A DNA stretch of 64,000 bases from IMG/VR virus record IMGVR_UViG_3300031851_000001; one strand, written 5' to 3'. The stretch comes from a virus (lineage: Duplodnaviria > Caudoviricetes). A program made the translations under genes and the position numbers. Shown here in pieces: positions 7,979 to 17,238 of the stretch (the first letter of the stretch is position 1; every line of letters begins with the position of its first letter). The notes under the pieces are model-generated. The model did not search any database. It had not been told where the DNA came from and saw only the letters and a list, made by a program, of their open reading frames with translations.

Positions 7979-8938
7979 TTAGTTACGGTTCAAATCTGCT
8001 AAAAGAGCATTGATCGTTGAGTGCTCAGAAAGTGGTTGTTTCACTTCTGTGTCCTCTGTGATAATTGCTTCTTCTTCAGTGACTTCCTCAACTACTGGTT
8101 TCGCTTTTTTGAAGAACGATTCCTTTAGTGTTGCAAGGTCTGATTTGTAGCTGTCAACATTATCGAAAGCAAGCTTTTCTGATAATACTTTAAATCTTTC
8201 TTGTTCTACAAGTGTAAGACCTTCAGTCATTTCAGCAAAAACGCCAGCCGCTGTTTGTGCATCAGCTGCTTTTTTGAGCTCAACATTCTCAACAATCGCT
8301 TTATTAGCGTCTGCTTTTAATGTTTCAATTTCTTCTTCAAGTCCAGCAACGACGTCTAGAGTTTCCTCATCAACATCAATGTTGTGCTCTTCGAATAGGC
8401 CTTTAAGACCGTCCATTAACGACTCCGCCATCTCTACCTTAATACCGGCTTCAATAGCAATTTCGTTCTCTGACATCCACTCTTCTACAACGTAGTCAAG
8501 ATATGAGTCAAGATTTTCTAACATCTGTTCAACTGATTCATCAAGCGCAGTTTGCATTGATGTTTCTAGAACTTCTGTTTTCTCAACGATGATAGCGTCA
8601 GCCTTGGCTGTTGCCGCTTCGTTAACCGCAGCTTCGAATACCATAGTTGCTTTAGCTGTAAATTCTTCAGACAAATCCATGCCTTCGAAAATAGTCGCGA
8701 TTGACTCTGCTACTTCAATTACTTCTTCTACGATTTCATCAGAGTCTACTTCTGATTCTTCCGCTTGCATTGGTGCTGGTGCAACTTTATCGGCTGTTGG
8801 ATCAACCTTTTTGTTTACGTCAGCTTTTTTCTTCTTATGTACGCCGCCTGCTGGTGTCGCAGGATCCATAACTTCTGCCGCAGGAACACCTGTTCCGCCA
8901 GATTTTTCGACGAACTTTTCGTCTAAGTCATTTGACAT
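7979..8938 (-). CDS. g22: prohead scaffolding/core protein gp22
   Basis: Acidic coiled coil, LDSYLDYVVEEWMSENE..IEAGIKVEMAES, position between g21 and g23. Confidence 0.9.
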   Translation of the reverse strand: MSNDLDEKFVEKSGGTGVPAAEVMDPATPAGGVHKKKKADVNKKVDPTADKVAPAPMQAEESEVDSDEIVEEVIEVAESIATIFEGMDLSEEFTAKATMVFEAAVNEAATAKADAIIVEKTEVLETSMQTALDESVEQMLENLDSYLDYVVEEWMSENEIAIEAGIKVEMAESLMDGLKGLFEEHNIDVDEETLDVVAGLEEEIETLKADANKAIVENVELKKAADAQTAAGVFAEMTEGLTLVEQERFKVLSEKLAFDNVDSYKSDLATLKESFFKKAKPVVEEVTEEEAIITEDTEVKQPLSEHSTINALLADLNRN

Positions 8939-8981
8939 ATGTTCTACTCCTTTTATTTGGATACTTGTATTATATGAGTAT

Positions 8982-8989
8982 TATTTATA
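8982..8989 (-). promoter_or_regulatory. T4-type late promoter (g22)
   Basis: TATAAATA on minus strand. Confidence 0.8.
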
Positions 8990-9002
8990 ATAATATTATT
9001 TT

Positions 9003-9695
9003 TCAACTTTTTCTAAGTGAGTTCACAAAACGCTCGAATAATTCAGACGCAGTGCCTTCATCGATTTTAGTGACAACACGTCTAATTTGCTTTTCTACTA
9101 CTTCTTGTATTTCTTCAATAACTTGTTCAATAGGTTCCTGAGCAATCCAGTTACCTGAAGCTATATCGTAATAGTATTCAGCATTCTCCATAATACCATT
9201 TACAAAACAATTTGGACCAGATGGGTCAGTCACGATGTCGACAGTGGCTAGATGAAAGTCATTTTGTACTTCCATAATACCATCTCTCGTTGCTTTAACT
9301 GAACCTAATCCGCGGGTAGATACACCGATCTTAACACCCTCGTCCATAAATGTTTTGACTATCTCACCCATTGGTGTACCAAGAATTTTGGCTTTACCAG
9401 TGAAGTTTGATCCCTCTCGTTTCATCTCTGTAATAAGATGAGACACGCGATCGCCGTTGATTGTAGGTCCGTCTGGGTGACCCAATTCGCCTAGCGCTCG
9501 CTTTGTTTCTACAAAGTCAGCATTATATCTGACCATTTCTTTTTCTAAAATCTGCGACGGATAAATTCTTCCGTTGCGGTTTTTAATATCGCCTTGCATA
9601 AAAATACCTTCGATGAAATGAGTTTTCTTACCCGTTTCTTCGTTCATTTCTACGGCAACATTGCATTCTTCTACAACTTCTGTTATTAGTCTCAT
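9003..9695 (-). CDS. g21: prohead protease gp21
   Basis: IEGIFMQGDIKNRNGRIYP, ALGELGHP, GVSTRGLGS, DIVTDPS. Confidence 0.95.
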   Translation of the reverse strand: MRLITEVVEECNVAVEMNEETGKKTHFIEGIFMQGDIKNRNGRIYPSQILEKEMVRYNADFVETKRALGELGHPDGPTINGDRVSHLITEMKREGSNFTGKAKILGTPMGEIVKTFMDEGVKIGVSTRGLGSVKATRDGIMEVQNDFHLATVDIVTDPSGPNCFVNGIMENAEYYYDIASGNWIAQEPIEQVIEEIQEVVEKQIRRVVTKIDEGTASELFERFVNSLRKS

Positions 9696-9716
9696 ATCTT
9701 AGATCCTTTAATTTTT

Positions 9717-9724
9717 TATTTATA
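9717..9724 (-). promoter_or_regulatory. T4-type late promoter (g21), overlapping the upstream stop codon
   Basis: TATAAATA on minus strand. Confidence 0.7.
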
Positions 9725-11006
9725 ACGCTTCTCGGGCAAACCCTACGATCTCTTTAAACCCTGCTTCGTCTTTCATCATTACCTTTGACATGTCTCTGCG
9801 GTTTTTTGCATTAAGATTTTTATAAAAGTCATTTAACAGTTTAGCATCTTGTTTAGATACCTTTACGTTTTTGCCATTTTTTAATCTCATGTTTCCCACT
9901 TTAACAGCTTCGTCTAACATTTCAGAAAAGCTTTCACGCCGAATAATATCTTGACCTCTATCGTCTGTTTGGTCTGTTCTAGTCTTTTTGAAAACCGTAC
10001 GAGTCTTACCGTCTGGTCCTGTTTGAGTAACGCCGTGTTTCATCGCAGAAGAAGTAGTTTCAGCTACTTCAGTCTTTTTTTTACCTTTTGCACGCATGAT
10101 AGCAAAATCGTGTCCATCAATTTTACCATTTTTGTTATGGTCAAGTTTCTTTTGTCCACCACTTAAAGCTTCGTTCCACTTACCAAATGCAATGTCAGAA
10201 ACCTTATCAGAAAGATCTTCTTTATATGTGCCACCATATGTGCCAGTTTTGTCAGAAGTGTGTGGTAAGTCATGATGAACACCCATTTTTATCTTATGGT
10301 GCTTATGGTAAGCTTTCATAGCAGATTTAACGCCTGCGTGATCGCCATCTTTGTTAGCCTTTAAAGCGTTGTTCAAGTGTCCAGCAGCTTTTGCGTGATG
10401 CTTAGCTTCATCATTCGAGAATTTAACTTTACGCTTGATAAATCTTTTTGTTGAAGCAGAATATTTGTCTTTGCCACCGGTTGGCATCTTAGCTTTATGT
10501 TCAGCATCATCTTTATGTTCAGCTTCTCTTTTGTTATGATAGTCTAGAGCAGTATTCAATTGCTTAGCTGCTTTTCTCTTATTCAACATGTTTCCGATAA
10601 TACCTTCGTTAACATCTTCATTTTTATCTTTTTCCCAAGGAGCTTTAGCAAGAGAAACTTTTTTCTTACCTTCAGGAGTTGTTTCAGAAGCTTTGTCTAA
10701 TGCTTTCATATTTGACATTTCTTTTGATTCGTTTGCTCTAAACTGGCTAAACTTTCTGCCTTTACGTAATACAGGCTCTTGGTCTGGTTTATCGCCATAA
10801 GCTGTATCGTATTCAGCATCAGCTTTTTCTGGTGTGTTATCCGCTTTACGTACAGCCTTTGGTTTTCCAATATCACCGCTAAACTGATTGTCTGGAGCTA
10901 CAGGGTGCTGCCCAGGTTTTTGGTTATGTAAATCTTTGAAAGCTTTTTCTTCCGAAGATTTCGGCTGAGCAACTTCGCTAAGGATATTTTTAAACGTTTT
11001 CATCAC
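9720..11006 (-). CDS. probable prohead core/internal head protein (gp67/gp68 position)
   Basis: 428 aa, Lys/His-rich, between g20 and g21, has own late promoter; EF-hand-like DHNKNGKIDGHD. Confidence 0.6.
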   Translation of the reverse strand: MMKTFKNILSEVAQPKSSEEKAFKDLHNQKPGQHPVAPDNQFSGDIGKPKAVRKADNTPEKADAEYDTAYGDKPDQEPVLRKGRKFSQFRANESKEMSNMKALDKASETTPEGKKKVSLAKAPWEKDKNEDVNEGIIGNMLNKRKAAKQLNTALDYHNKREAEHKDDAEHKAKMPTGGKDKYSASTKRFIKRKVKFSNDEAKHHAKAAGHLNNALKANKDGDHAGVKSAMKAYHKHHKIKMGVHHDLPHTSDKTGTYGGTYKEDLSDKVSDIAFGKWNEALSGGQKKLDHNKNGKIDGHDFAIMRAKGKKKTEVAETTSSAMKHGVTQTGPDGKTRTVFKKTRTDQTDDRGQDIIRRESFSEMLDEAVKVGNMRLKNGKNVKVSKQDAKLLNDFYKNLNAKNRRDMSKVMMKDEAGFKEIVGFAREAL

Positions 11007-11030
11007 TTAACTCCTAATTTTGTTTGTATA

Positions 11031-11038
11031 TATTTATA
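11031..11038 (-). promoter_or_regulatory. T4-type late promoter
   Basis: TATAAATA on minus strand upstream of the 11006 start. Confidence 0.8.
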
Positions 11039-11057
11039 TGAATTTATTGTTCTCATT

Positions 11058-12578
11058 TTATTCTTCTGCCTCTTCCGGCGGATTTTCTTTGGCTTCAGCT
11101 TCGATTTGATCCTTCATGTCACCCATTTCTTCCTCTGACATACGAAGAACGTTACGCAATACCCATTCTCTAGAATAGTATGTGCCAACATGTTCTTCAA
11201 CTTCACGTAGAGTACTGAGTCTTTCACGAGTAATTTCAGCTTCTTTAAGCTCTTGGAAATAGTTATCCTGAACAAAATCGTAACGAATAGCGTTTTTAAT
11301 TTCAGCAAATTCTTCTGGCGTTAAAACACCTTTAAGTACTAATTGCTTTTCAAGTAGTGACGTAAAGATAGACGTAAAACGCGCTCTTAGTCTTTTAATG
11401 AATTTACTAAATTTTAATTCATCACGAGTAATTTCTGAAACACGACCAAACGAATACATTGTCTCTGGTTCTAAACGCGATAGCGGAACCTTTAATGATT
11501 TGTATAATTTACGTTGGAAGTATTGCATATTAGTATCGTCTGTTAATCCAGCTGCGTTTCCGCCTGCCATCGTATCAACTTCAGTTGAACGTTCACCACC
11601 ACGACGAGGAAACCAAAAGTCTTCAGTCATAGTCATCATTTTACGAGCATCTGTAATTTCACCGGTTGACGAGTTATATTGTAACTTGTTTTTATGGCGA
11701 ACCATCATGTCTCTTAAATACTGCTCAGCTTTCGATTTAGGTAAGTTGCCAACATCAATATAGAAGACTCTTCTTTCAGGAGCTCGTGTAATTGTGTAAA
11801 TAACTGTTGCATCTTCCAACATCCTTAACTGGTTGAGTGGCTTTATTGAAGGATGTAAATATGATAAGACCAATGAATTGTTTTCATTCATTACGCCTGA
11901 AGTAACTCTAGCAATAGAGTCCTTAGCAATTTTATATCCTTGAGTACCACCGCCTGCAGAGCTTGATTTGTTTGATCCAAATCCTGTTTCAGAATACATA
12001 TAATATTCTGATTTAACTTTTTTAACTGGGATACCTGAATGTGGATCCTTTTCACGTTTATCAACTTCACGAATAAGTTTTAATTTACGTGGATCTACAT
12101 ATCGTAATTCTTTAATCCCTTCAGGGATATTTTCCGGATCAATAATAACGTGATAGTTTAATCGACCATCAACATAGAATTTTTGGAACGTTTCGTAAGC
12201 TGTTGTAGAAAAATCCATTAATGACAAGATGCCATCAAACTCTTCTATAACTATTTTCTTAACTTTGTCTGGTAAGTCTGTATCGTCCAAAAGAACTTCA
12301 ACAACCTTATCATCTGTATCTACACTAATCGCTTCATTGATTACTTCGTCAACAGCTTGTGCAATTTCTGGTTGGTGTGCTAATCCTCGGTATTTTGTTA
12401 CCAATTCCGATTCAGTTTTAGCAGTGCCTTCCATATCCAAGAGTGTACTATAGAAGCCACCCATTGCGTTACCAACGGTGATAGCTCCATCGTCATTTTG
12501 AGGTTCAGCAAAAGAGGAAGGCTGAAAGCCCTCCCCGTCATCTGTGTCTCGTTTAATGTCAAAACCAAAAATCTTCAT
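11058..12578 (-). CDS. g20: portal protein gp20
   Basis: FYVDGRL, LRYVDPRK, NQLRMLEDA.VIY.ITRAPERRVFYIDVGNLPK.KAEQYL, EDFWFPRR, ITRDELKF. Confidence 0.97.
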   Translation of the reverse strand: MKIFGFDIKRDTDDGEGFQPSSFAEPQNDDGAITVGNAMGGFYSTLLDMEGTAKTESELVTKYRGLAHQPEIAQAVDEVINEAISVDTDDKVVEVLLDDTDLPDKVKKIVIEEFDGILSLMDFSTTAYETFQKFYVDGRLNYHVIIDPENIPEGIKELRYVDPRKLKLIREVDKREKDPHSGIPVKKVKSEYYMYSETGFGSNKSSSAGGGTQGYKIAKDSIARVTSGVMNENNSLVLSYLHPSIKPLNQLRMLEDATVIYTITRAPERRVFYIDVGNLPKSKAEQYLRDMMVRHKNKLQYNSSTGEITDARKMMTMTEDFWFPRRGGERSTEVDTMAGGNAAGLTDDTNMQYFQRKLYKSLKVPLSRLEPETMYSFGRVSEITRDELKFSKFIKRLRARFTSIFTSLLEKQLVLKGVLTPEEFAEIKNAIRYDFVQDNYFQELKEAEITRERLSTLREVEEHVGTYYSREWVLRNVLRMSEEEMGDMKDQIEAEAKENPPEEAEE

Positions 12579-12597
12579 TTATTCACTTTCTCATTAT

Positions 12598-13131
12598 TTA
12601 AGTAGTTGGAATGCCGGTATTACCCTCAACACGCCATAAGTCATATTGGAATGTAACTCCAAATTCTTCGATTGTATCAGACTGTGCCCAATCCATTTGG
12701 ATACCGTCGATACCGACTGGATACATACCTTCAAAGATATATGTTCTAAGAATTGAACCATCTTTACTGAACTGAGTAATTTGTCCAGTTGATTTGTAGT
12801 CTTGTGGCAATGCTCTAGTATTAGAGTCATGTGAGTTGATCGCGTTTGACCAAGCTTCCATTGCATTGCGTACTGCAAAGTCTTCATCGTTGATTACCTG
12901 CACGGTCCAATCCTGAAATGTTCTATCACCGGCATACTTGATCTGACGACCAAAGTAAGGTACCGTAAATTGCCCCAGAATTGATTCTGGGATACCTGCT
13001 GAACGGATCATAAACGGAGTTTTGATGTCAGCTTCTGGAGCAATTGGGTTAGTGATTTGACATTGGAACAGGGTAGGACGTGCACCGCCACCGACGAGCT
13101 CTGATTTGAACTGGTTGATATTGAATGCCAT
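12598..13131 (-). CDS. g19: tail tube protein gp19
   Basis: GGGARPTLF, YAGDRTFQDWTV..INDEDF.VR..MEAW, IEEFGVTFQYD. Confidence 0.95.
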   Translation of the reverse strand: MAFNINQFKSELVGGGARPTLFQCQITNPIAPEADIKTPFMIRSAGIPESILGQFTVPYFGRQIKYAGDRTFQDWTVQVINDEDFAVRNAMEAWSNAINSHDSNTRALPQDYKSTGQITQFSKDGSILRTYIFEGMYPVGIDGIQMDWAQSDTIEEFGVTFQYDLWRVEGNTGIPTT

Positions 13132-13164
13132 GTCTATTTTCTCCTATTTTCTATTCTTATTTAT

Positions 13165-15117
13165 TTAAGTTAACTGACCAACAATTTCGTCAAATTCAAT
13201 ACCTGTTCTTGTAGCAACGAATGTTAATTCGATAACGTTAATAGAACGGGCTGGTTTGATGAATATGCTTGCACGGAATTTATTTTGGTCAATTACCTCA
13301 GGAGTGTTAACGGTTGAGTCACTGACTACTCTGTAATCAATAATACCACGCCTTCCTTGGATATCACGTAAGAACGGATCTACAATATTCTTAAACTGTG
13401 TTTGAGTGAATTCATCGTTCAATTCAAACAAGAAGCTTTGAGCTGCTGTAGCGATAGATTTCTCAACCGCGATAAACAACCTACGAACATTTAGACGATC
13501 AAACGCAGATGCTAGACCTAAACCAGTTTTATCACCAAATAGTACAATACCTTGACCTACTTGAGACATAACAGGGTTAATGTCTGAACCATACAATAAA
13601 TCTCTCATTGTTTTGCTAGGGTTAAATGCTAGCTTAACAACGTTTTTGATTACACCTTTTCTGAAACCAGCTGGTGATTCCCAAGGTTCAACTCTAGCTG
13701 CTAATCCAGCCATATCACCGTTTAATGGTGTCCAACGATATACATCGTTATACTTATCATAGCGGTATTTGTATCCAGAGTCAATGAATGTGTATGACGA
13801 ATTTTGTACCTTGTTACGATATGCAATTACGTTTGTAAGTTTAGCATTCATTTTAAGTTCGTCAACAACAGCTTCCTTAGATGGTGAGATAAATGCAACG
13901 CAATCTTTTCTTGTTTCACAAATATTAGAAACAATATAGTTTGCTCTTACTGCAGCATCATCGCCTTTACCTTGTAATACAAATGCAATGTCGATTTCGT
14001 TAGAACTTCTTAAAGTATCATATGCTGCGCCTAATTGAGCTAAGGTAGCCTTAGCTTCAGATAATGCAGTATTTCCACTAGGATTTCCACCTGAGAATGA
14101 TTCATATTTCGCTACTGCTGTATTTGCAGTACCAATTTGCGACGCATAGTCAACTTGTACCCAATTAGAAAAGTTTTCAATCACTGTACCATAATAATTA
14201 GAAGTACCTTGTGGTGAAACCGCACCCGGTGTTGTTGAAATATTTTCGAATTTTTCTAGCATAAATCCTTTTGTACCGGAAATTAAACCATCTTCGTCAA
14301 TCACTGCTACGTGAATATTGCCTGCGTCTGGCTTTCTAGCGAATGTTGCGCCATGTTGCCATTTCTTTTTCATTGACAATTTAGCAAGATCTGTTTCAGC
14401 TAGTGTATATTTGTTAGCAAACTCAATATCGTATGTGTATAAAGCAAGGAATGCAGTATTAGCATCTCCCGGAGTTGCTTCAACTTCTACTCCTGTCTCT
14501 GTGAATGAGCTAACTCTTAGTTCTTGGTATCCGACTGACTCGTTACCAATTTCTAATACGTCACCTGCAGATAAATCTATTAGGTTTTGTGTATTAGCAG
14601 TTTCAAATTGAACATTAGCAGCGTTAAAACTGATAACCTGATCTATTTGAGTATTTGAAACTTTATTTGTTGGAATTCCTGCAACTGCAACGAATTCGCT
14701 TTCAAAGCCGTCTGAAGTTACCCAAGCAACTTGTAATGAATCACCAAGTTCACCTTTATACTTCGCTTTAAAAGCACCATAGTCACTGTTGTCTGCAATT
14801 ACTACATTGTTTGCATTATAAGTTAAATCTAGTGTTGTACTGTTAGCTTCGGTTGAACCATCTTCTGCACGAACAACATACAGAGCATTTGAATACGATA
14901 AGTAATCAGCAGCTGTAAAAAATGTTTCGTAATTGCTATCATTAGGTGCACCAAAACGATCTACGAGTTGATTTTCTGATGATAACAGCAATGGTTCGTT
15001 AGTCGGACCCCATCTAAACACACCTGCCAAAGCAGCTGGTGGTGTTGAAATGGCTGGTACTGCCTGGGAAGCATCAACTTCTCGAACGATAACAGAGGGA
15101 CTTACGGAAAAAGCCAT
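13165..15117 (-). CDS. g18: tail sheath protein gp18
   Basis: SPSVIVREVD, F.WGP, DSGYKYRYDKYND.YRW.PLNGD.AGL, FDRLNVRRLF, KPARSINVIEL.FVATRTG. Confidence 0.96.
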   Translation of the reverse strand: MAFSVSPSVIVREVDASQAVPAISTPPAALAGVFRWGPTNEPLLLSSENQLVDRFGAPNDSNYETFFTAADYLSYSNALYVVRAEDGSTEANSTTLDLTYNANNVVIADNSDYGAFKAKYKGELGDSLQVAWVTSDGFESEFVAVAGIPTNKVSNTQIDQVISFNAANVQFETANTQNLIDLSAGDVLEIGNESVGYQELRVSSFTETGVEVEATPGDANTAFLALYTYDIEFANKYTLAETDLAKLSMKKKWQHGATFARKPDAGNIHVAVIDEDGLISGTKGFMLEKFENISTTPGAVSPQGTSNYYGTVIENFSNWVQVDYASQIGTANTAVAKYESFSGGNPSGNTALSEAKATLAQLGAAYDTLRSSNEIDIAFVLQGKGDDAAVRANYIVSNICETRKDCVAFISPSKEAVVDELKMNAKLTNVIAYRNKVQNSSYTFIDSGYKYRYDKYNDVYRWTPLNGDMAGLAARVEPWESPAGFRKGVIKNVVKLAFNPSKTMRDLLYGSDINPVMSQVGQGIVLFGDKTGLGLASAFDRLNVRRLFIAVEKSIATAAQSFLFELNDEFTQTQFKNIVDPFLRDIQGRRGIIDYRVVSDSTVNTPEVIDQNKFRASIFIKPARSINVIELTFVATRTGIEFDEIVGQLT

Positions 15118-15178
15118 ATTTTTCTCCTTTATGTATTGAAAACGCGTTAATCTTGTTTTATATATTTCTTACTGTTTC

Positions 15179-15186
15179 TATTTATA
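15179..15186 (-). promoter_or_regulatory. T4-type late promoter (g18)
   Basis: TATAAATA on minus strand. Confidence 0.8.
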
Positions 15187-15211
15187 AAAAAAGGTATTCT
15201 ATATAAATGAC

Positions 15212-16801
15212 TCACAGTCTGAGGCCGTCGTCTTCATAGTAAAAATCTTCGCCACTATCAACAAAGCCAAAAGGTAACAGTTCCTCCTCAATTTGTTCTT
15301 CTGTCTTCTCTCGTAACTTTATAAGTGTATTTATGTCAGTCATATCTTTGAAATATGCCTGTTCAGTCATCCATGCGAATAGAACAAGGTTCATAACCAA
15401 ATCGTCATGAAATCCTGACTCTGCTTCATATGAATTAGCCTTTTTAGAGAATCGACTAATCTCTTGTATTGTATCAAAATCTTGAATAATAAGTTGGTTT
15501 TGTTCAATTAACATTTTAAGCATACTGCAGCCAGTTGCTTTAACATTTTTGGTTGTTCGTATTCCATTATCTACTTTTTTACCAAACCCACCAGTAAGCA
15601 TTTTACCAGAGCGTCCGTTATTTGCGGTATATAGTATATTGTCATAACCATAATCCATTAAGAGAACATCAGCAACCTGTTCTCCGATATCGTTAACTTC
15701 AATTAAAACTGCAGCAGTATTATATACTTGGCCTATTCTATAAACAACTGATGCAAAGTCAATTGGTCCGACCATGTTATCTCTAAAGACCGCCACTTGT
15801 TTATATGGCATTTCGGTAATATCAATTACTGAAAAACATGAATAGTCTAAACCTTTACCACGAGCAACATCGACCGTCATACAATACTGTCTTTCTTTAA
15901 TCGGCTTTTCGTATTGTATAAAACCATCAAGCTGCGCTATTGGTGTTGCGTGTAATAATTCTTTTAGTTTCCAACCTGCGATAAGAGTACCAGAACTACC
16001 TAGAAATTGGCAGCAGTATTCTTGGTTGAATTTTTCTTCGTCGTGGTCTAATGCTTCGATCGTTTCCTTACGCCATTTTTCATCTCGACCCGGAACATCA
16101 TGCCACATAACCTCTTCATATTCGTAACCGTTACTACCCTCTTTTGCGCCAGTACATGTTTTCCAAAAATGGTTTAATCCATTTGGAGTAGAAGTCATTA
16201 AAAGTTTTGTTGACTCGCCAGACGAAATAGTAGGATAAACAGATGCGAAAAATTCGTCGTATCCTTCAATAAATGCAACCTCATCGAGATATAGAAAATT
16301 AACAGACTTACCACGAATAGCACTTGACGATGTAGTACCTGCCAAAACTTGACAACCATTCTCAAGTGCAATGTTTCCTTTGTTCCATTCTTCAACCCCT
16401 TGTTGCAGCCATTTAGGTAATGCCTCAAATGCAAGCTTAACTCTTGCCATAACTTCTCGAGCAGCGTCACCTTTGTTAGCCAAAATAGCAACAGTTTTAA
16501 ATTCGTTAAATAAAACATAGTGTAAAATGATAGCCATCGCCGTGGTTGTTTTACCAGACTGACGTGCCGTTAAAACTGCTAGGCGCCTATTGTCTGTAAT
16601 TTTCCGCGTAATGTTTTCTTGGTAATCGTACATCTTAAATGGAACTAATCCTTTATCAACGTGTACAATTTTAATATAGTTTTTCGCAAAGTAAATAGGA
16701 TCTTGTGCGCATTTCATGTACTCCTTTAAAAGTTCAGGAGACCATTCTATCTCTTCACCAATCCTTTTAAGATTTGAGTTTCCTAAATAACCATCAGCCA
16801 T
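15212..16801 (-). CDS. g17: terminase large subunit gp17
   Basis: ARQSGKTT Walker A, LYLDEVAF Walker B, STPNGLNHF, DVARGKGLDYS, HDDLVM. Confidence 0.97.
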   Translation of the reverse strand: MADGYLGNSNLKRIGEEIEWSPELLKEYMKCAQDPIYFAKNYIKIVHVDKGLVPFKMYDYQENITRKITDNRRLAVLTARQSGKTTTAMAIILHYVLFNEFKTVAILANKGDAAREVMARVKLAFEALPKWLQQGVEEWNKGNIALENGCQVLAGTTSSSAIRGKSVNFLYLDEVAFIEGYDEFFASVYPTISSGESTKLLMTSTPNGLNHFWKTCTGAKEGSNGYEYEEVMWHDVPGRDEKWRKETIEALDHDEEKFNQEYCCQFLGSSGTLIAGWKLKELLHATPIAQLDGFIQYEKPIKERQYCMTVDVARGKGLDYSCFSVIDITEMPYKQVAVFRDNMVGPIDFASVVYRIGQVYNTAAVLIEVNDIGEQVADVLLMDYGYDNILYTANNGRSGKMLTGGFGKKVDNGIRTTKNVKATGCSMLKMLIEQNQLIIQDFDTIQEISRFSKKANSYEAESGFHDDLVMNLVLFAWMTEQAYFKDMTDINTLIKLREKTEEQIEEELLPFGFVDSGEDFYYEDDGLRL

Positions 16802-17237
16802 TCTCAGTATCTTTCAACATTTTTAATAAGTCAGCAGTAGACACAATAAGATTGTTATTCACAGTGTTAGTTTGTGCAGCTTCTTTAGGCGCATTAATCT
16901 CTTCCTCTGCAAACTTTTTCTTAGTTGAAACATCAGCGAAATCTTTGTTAGCATCAAGCAGAGTTTTCATTAGAGTAGAAACAACTTCAAAACCGCGAGC
17001 TGACTCTGATTGTTTAGCAATTTCTAACATTTCTCTAACCGCATCGTTTCCTAGCTCGATAACACCTTCTATGTTTTCACGAACCTTTGCGAGATCTCTA
17101 AGGTTTTCATCATCCTCGTCGGTTACTATTGCTGGAAGTATTTCTTCAACAACTTCTTCCGGCTGGGATGCCAATTCCTCTTCTCTAATTTCTGAAAGCG
17201 GTCTCAGTCCGAGGTTTTCAGCTATCTTATCATTCAT
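16794..17237 (-). CDS. g16: terminase small subunit gp16
   Basis: ESARGFEVVSTLMK, NNNLIVSTADLLKML; lies between g15 and g17; start probably 17237 (track gives 17246). Confidence 0.85.
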   Translation of the reverse strand: MNDKIAENLGLRPLSEIREEELASQPEEVVEEILPAIVTDEDDENLRDLAKVRENIEGVIELGNDAVREMLEIAKQSESARGFEVVSTLMKTLLDANKDFADVSTKKKFAEEEINAPKEAAQTNTVNNNLIVSTADLLKMLKDTENG

Positions 17238-17238
17238 A

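Noticed and set aside
13157-13168. Late promoter for g19
   Set aside because: Only a variant (AATAAATA) is present, not the exact TATAAATA; left uncalled.
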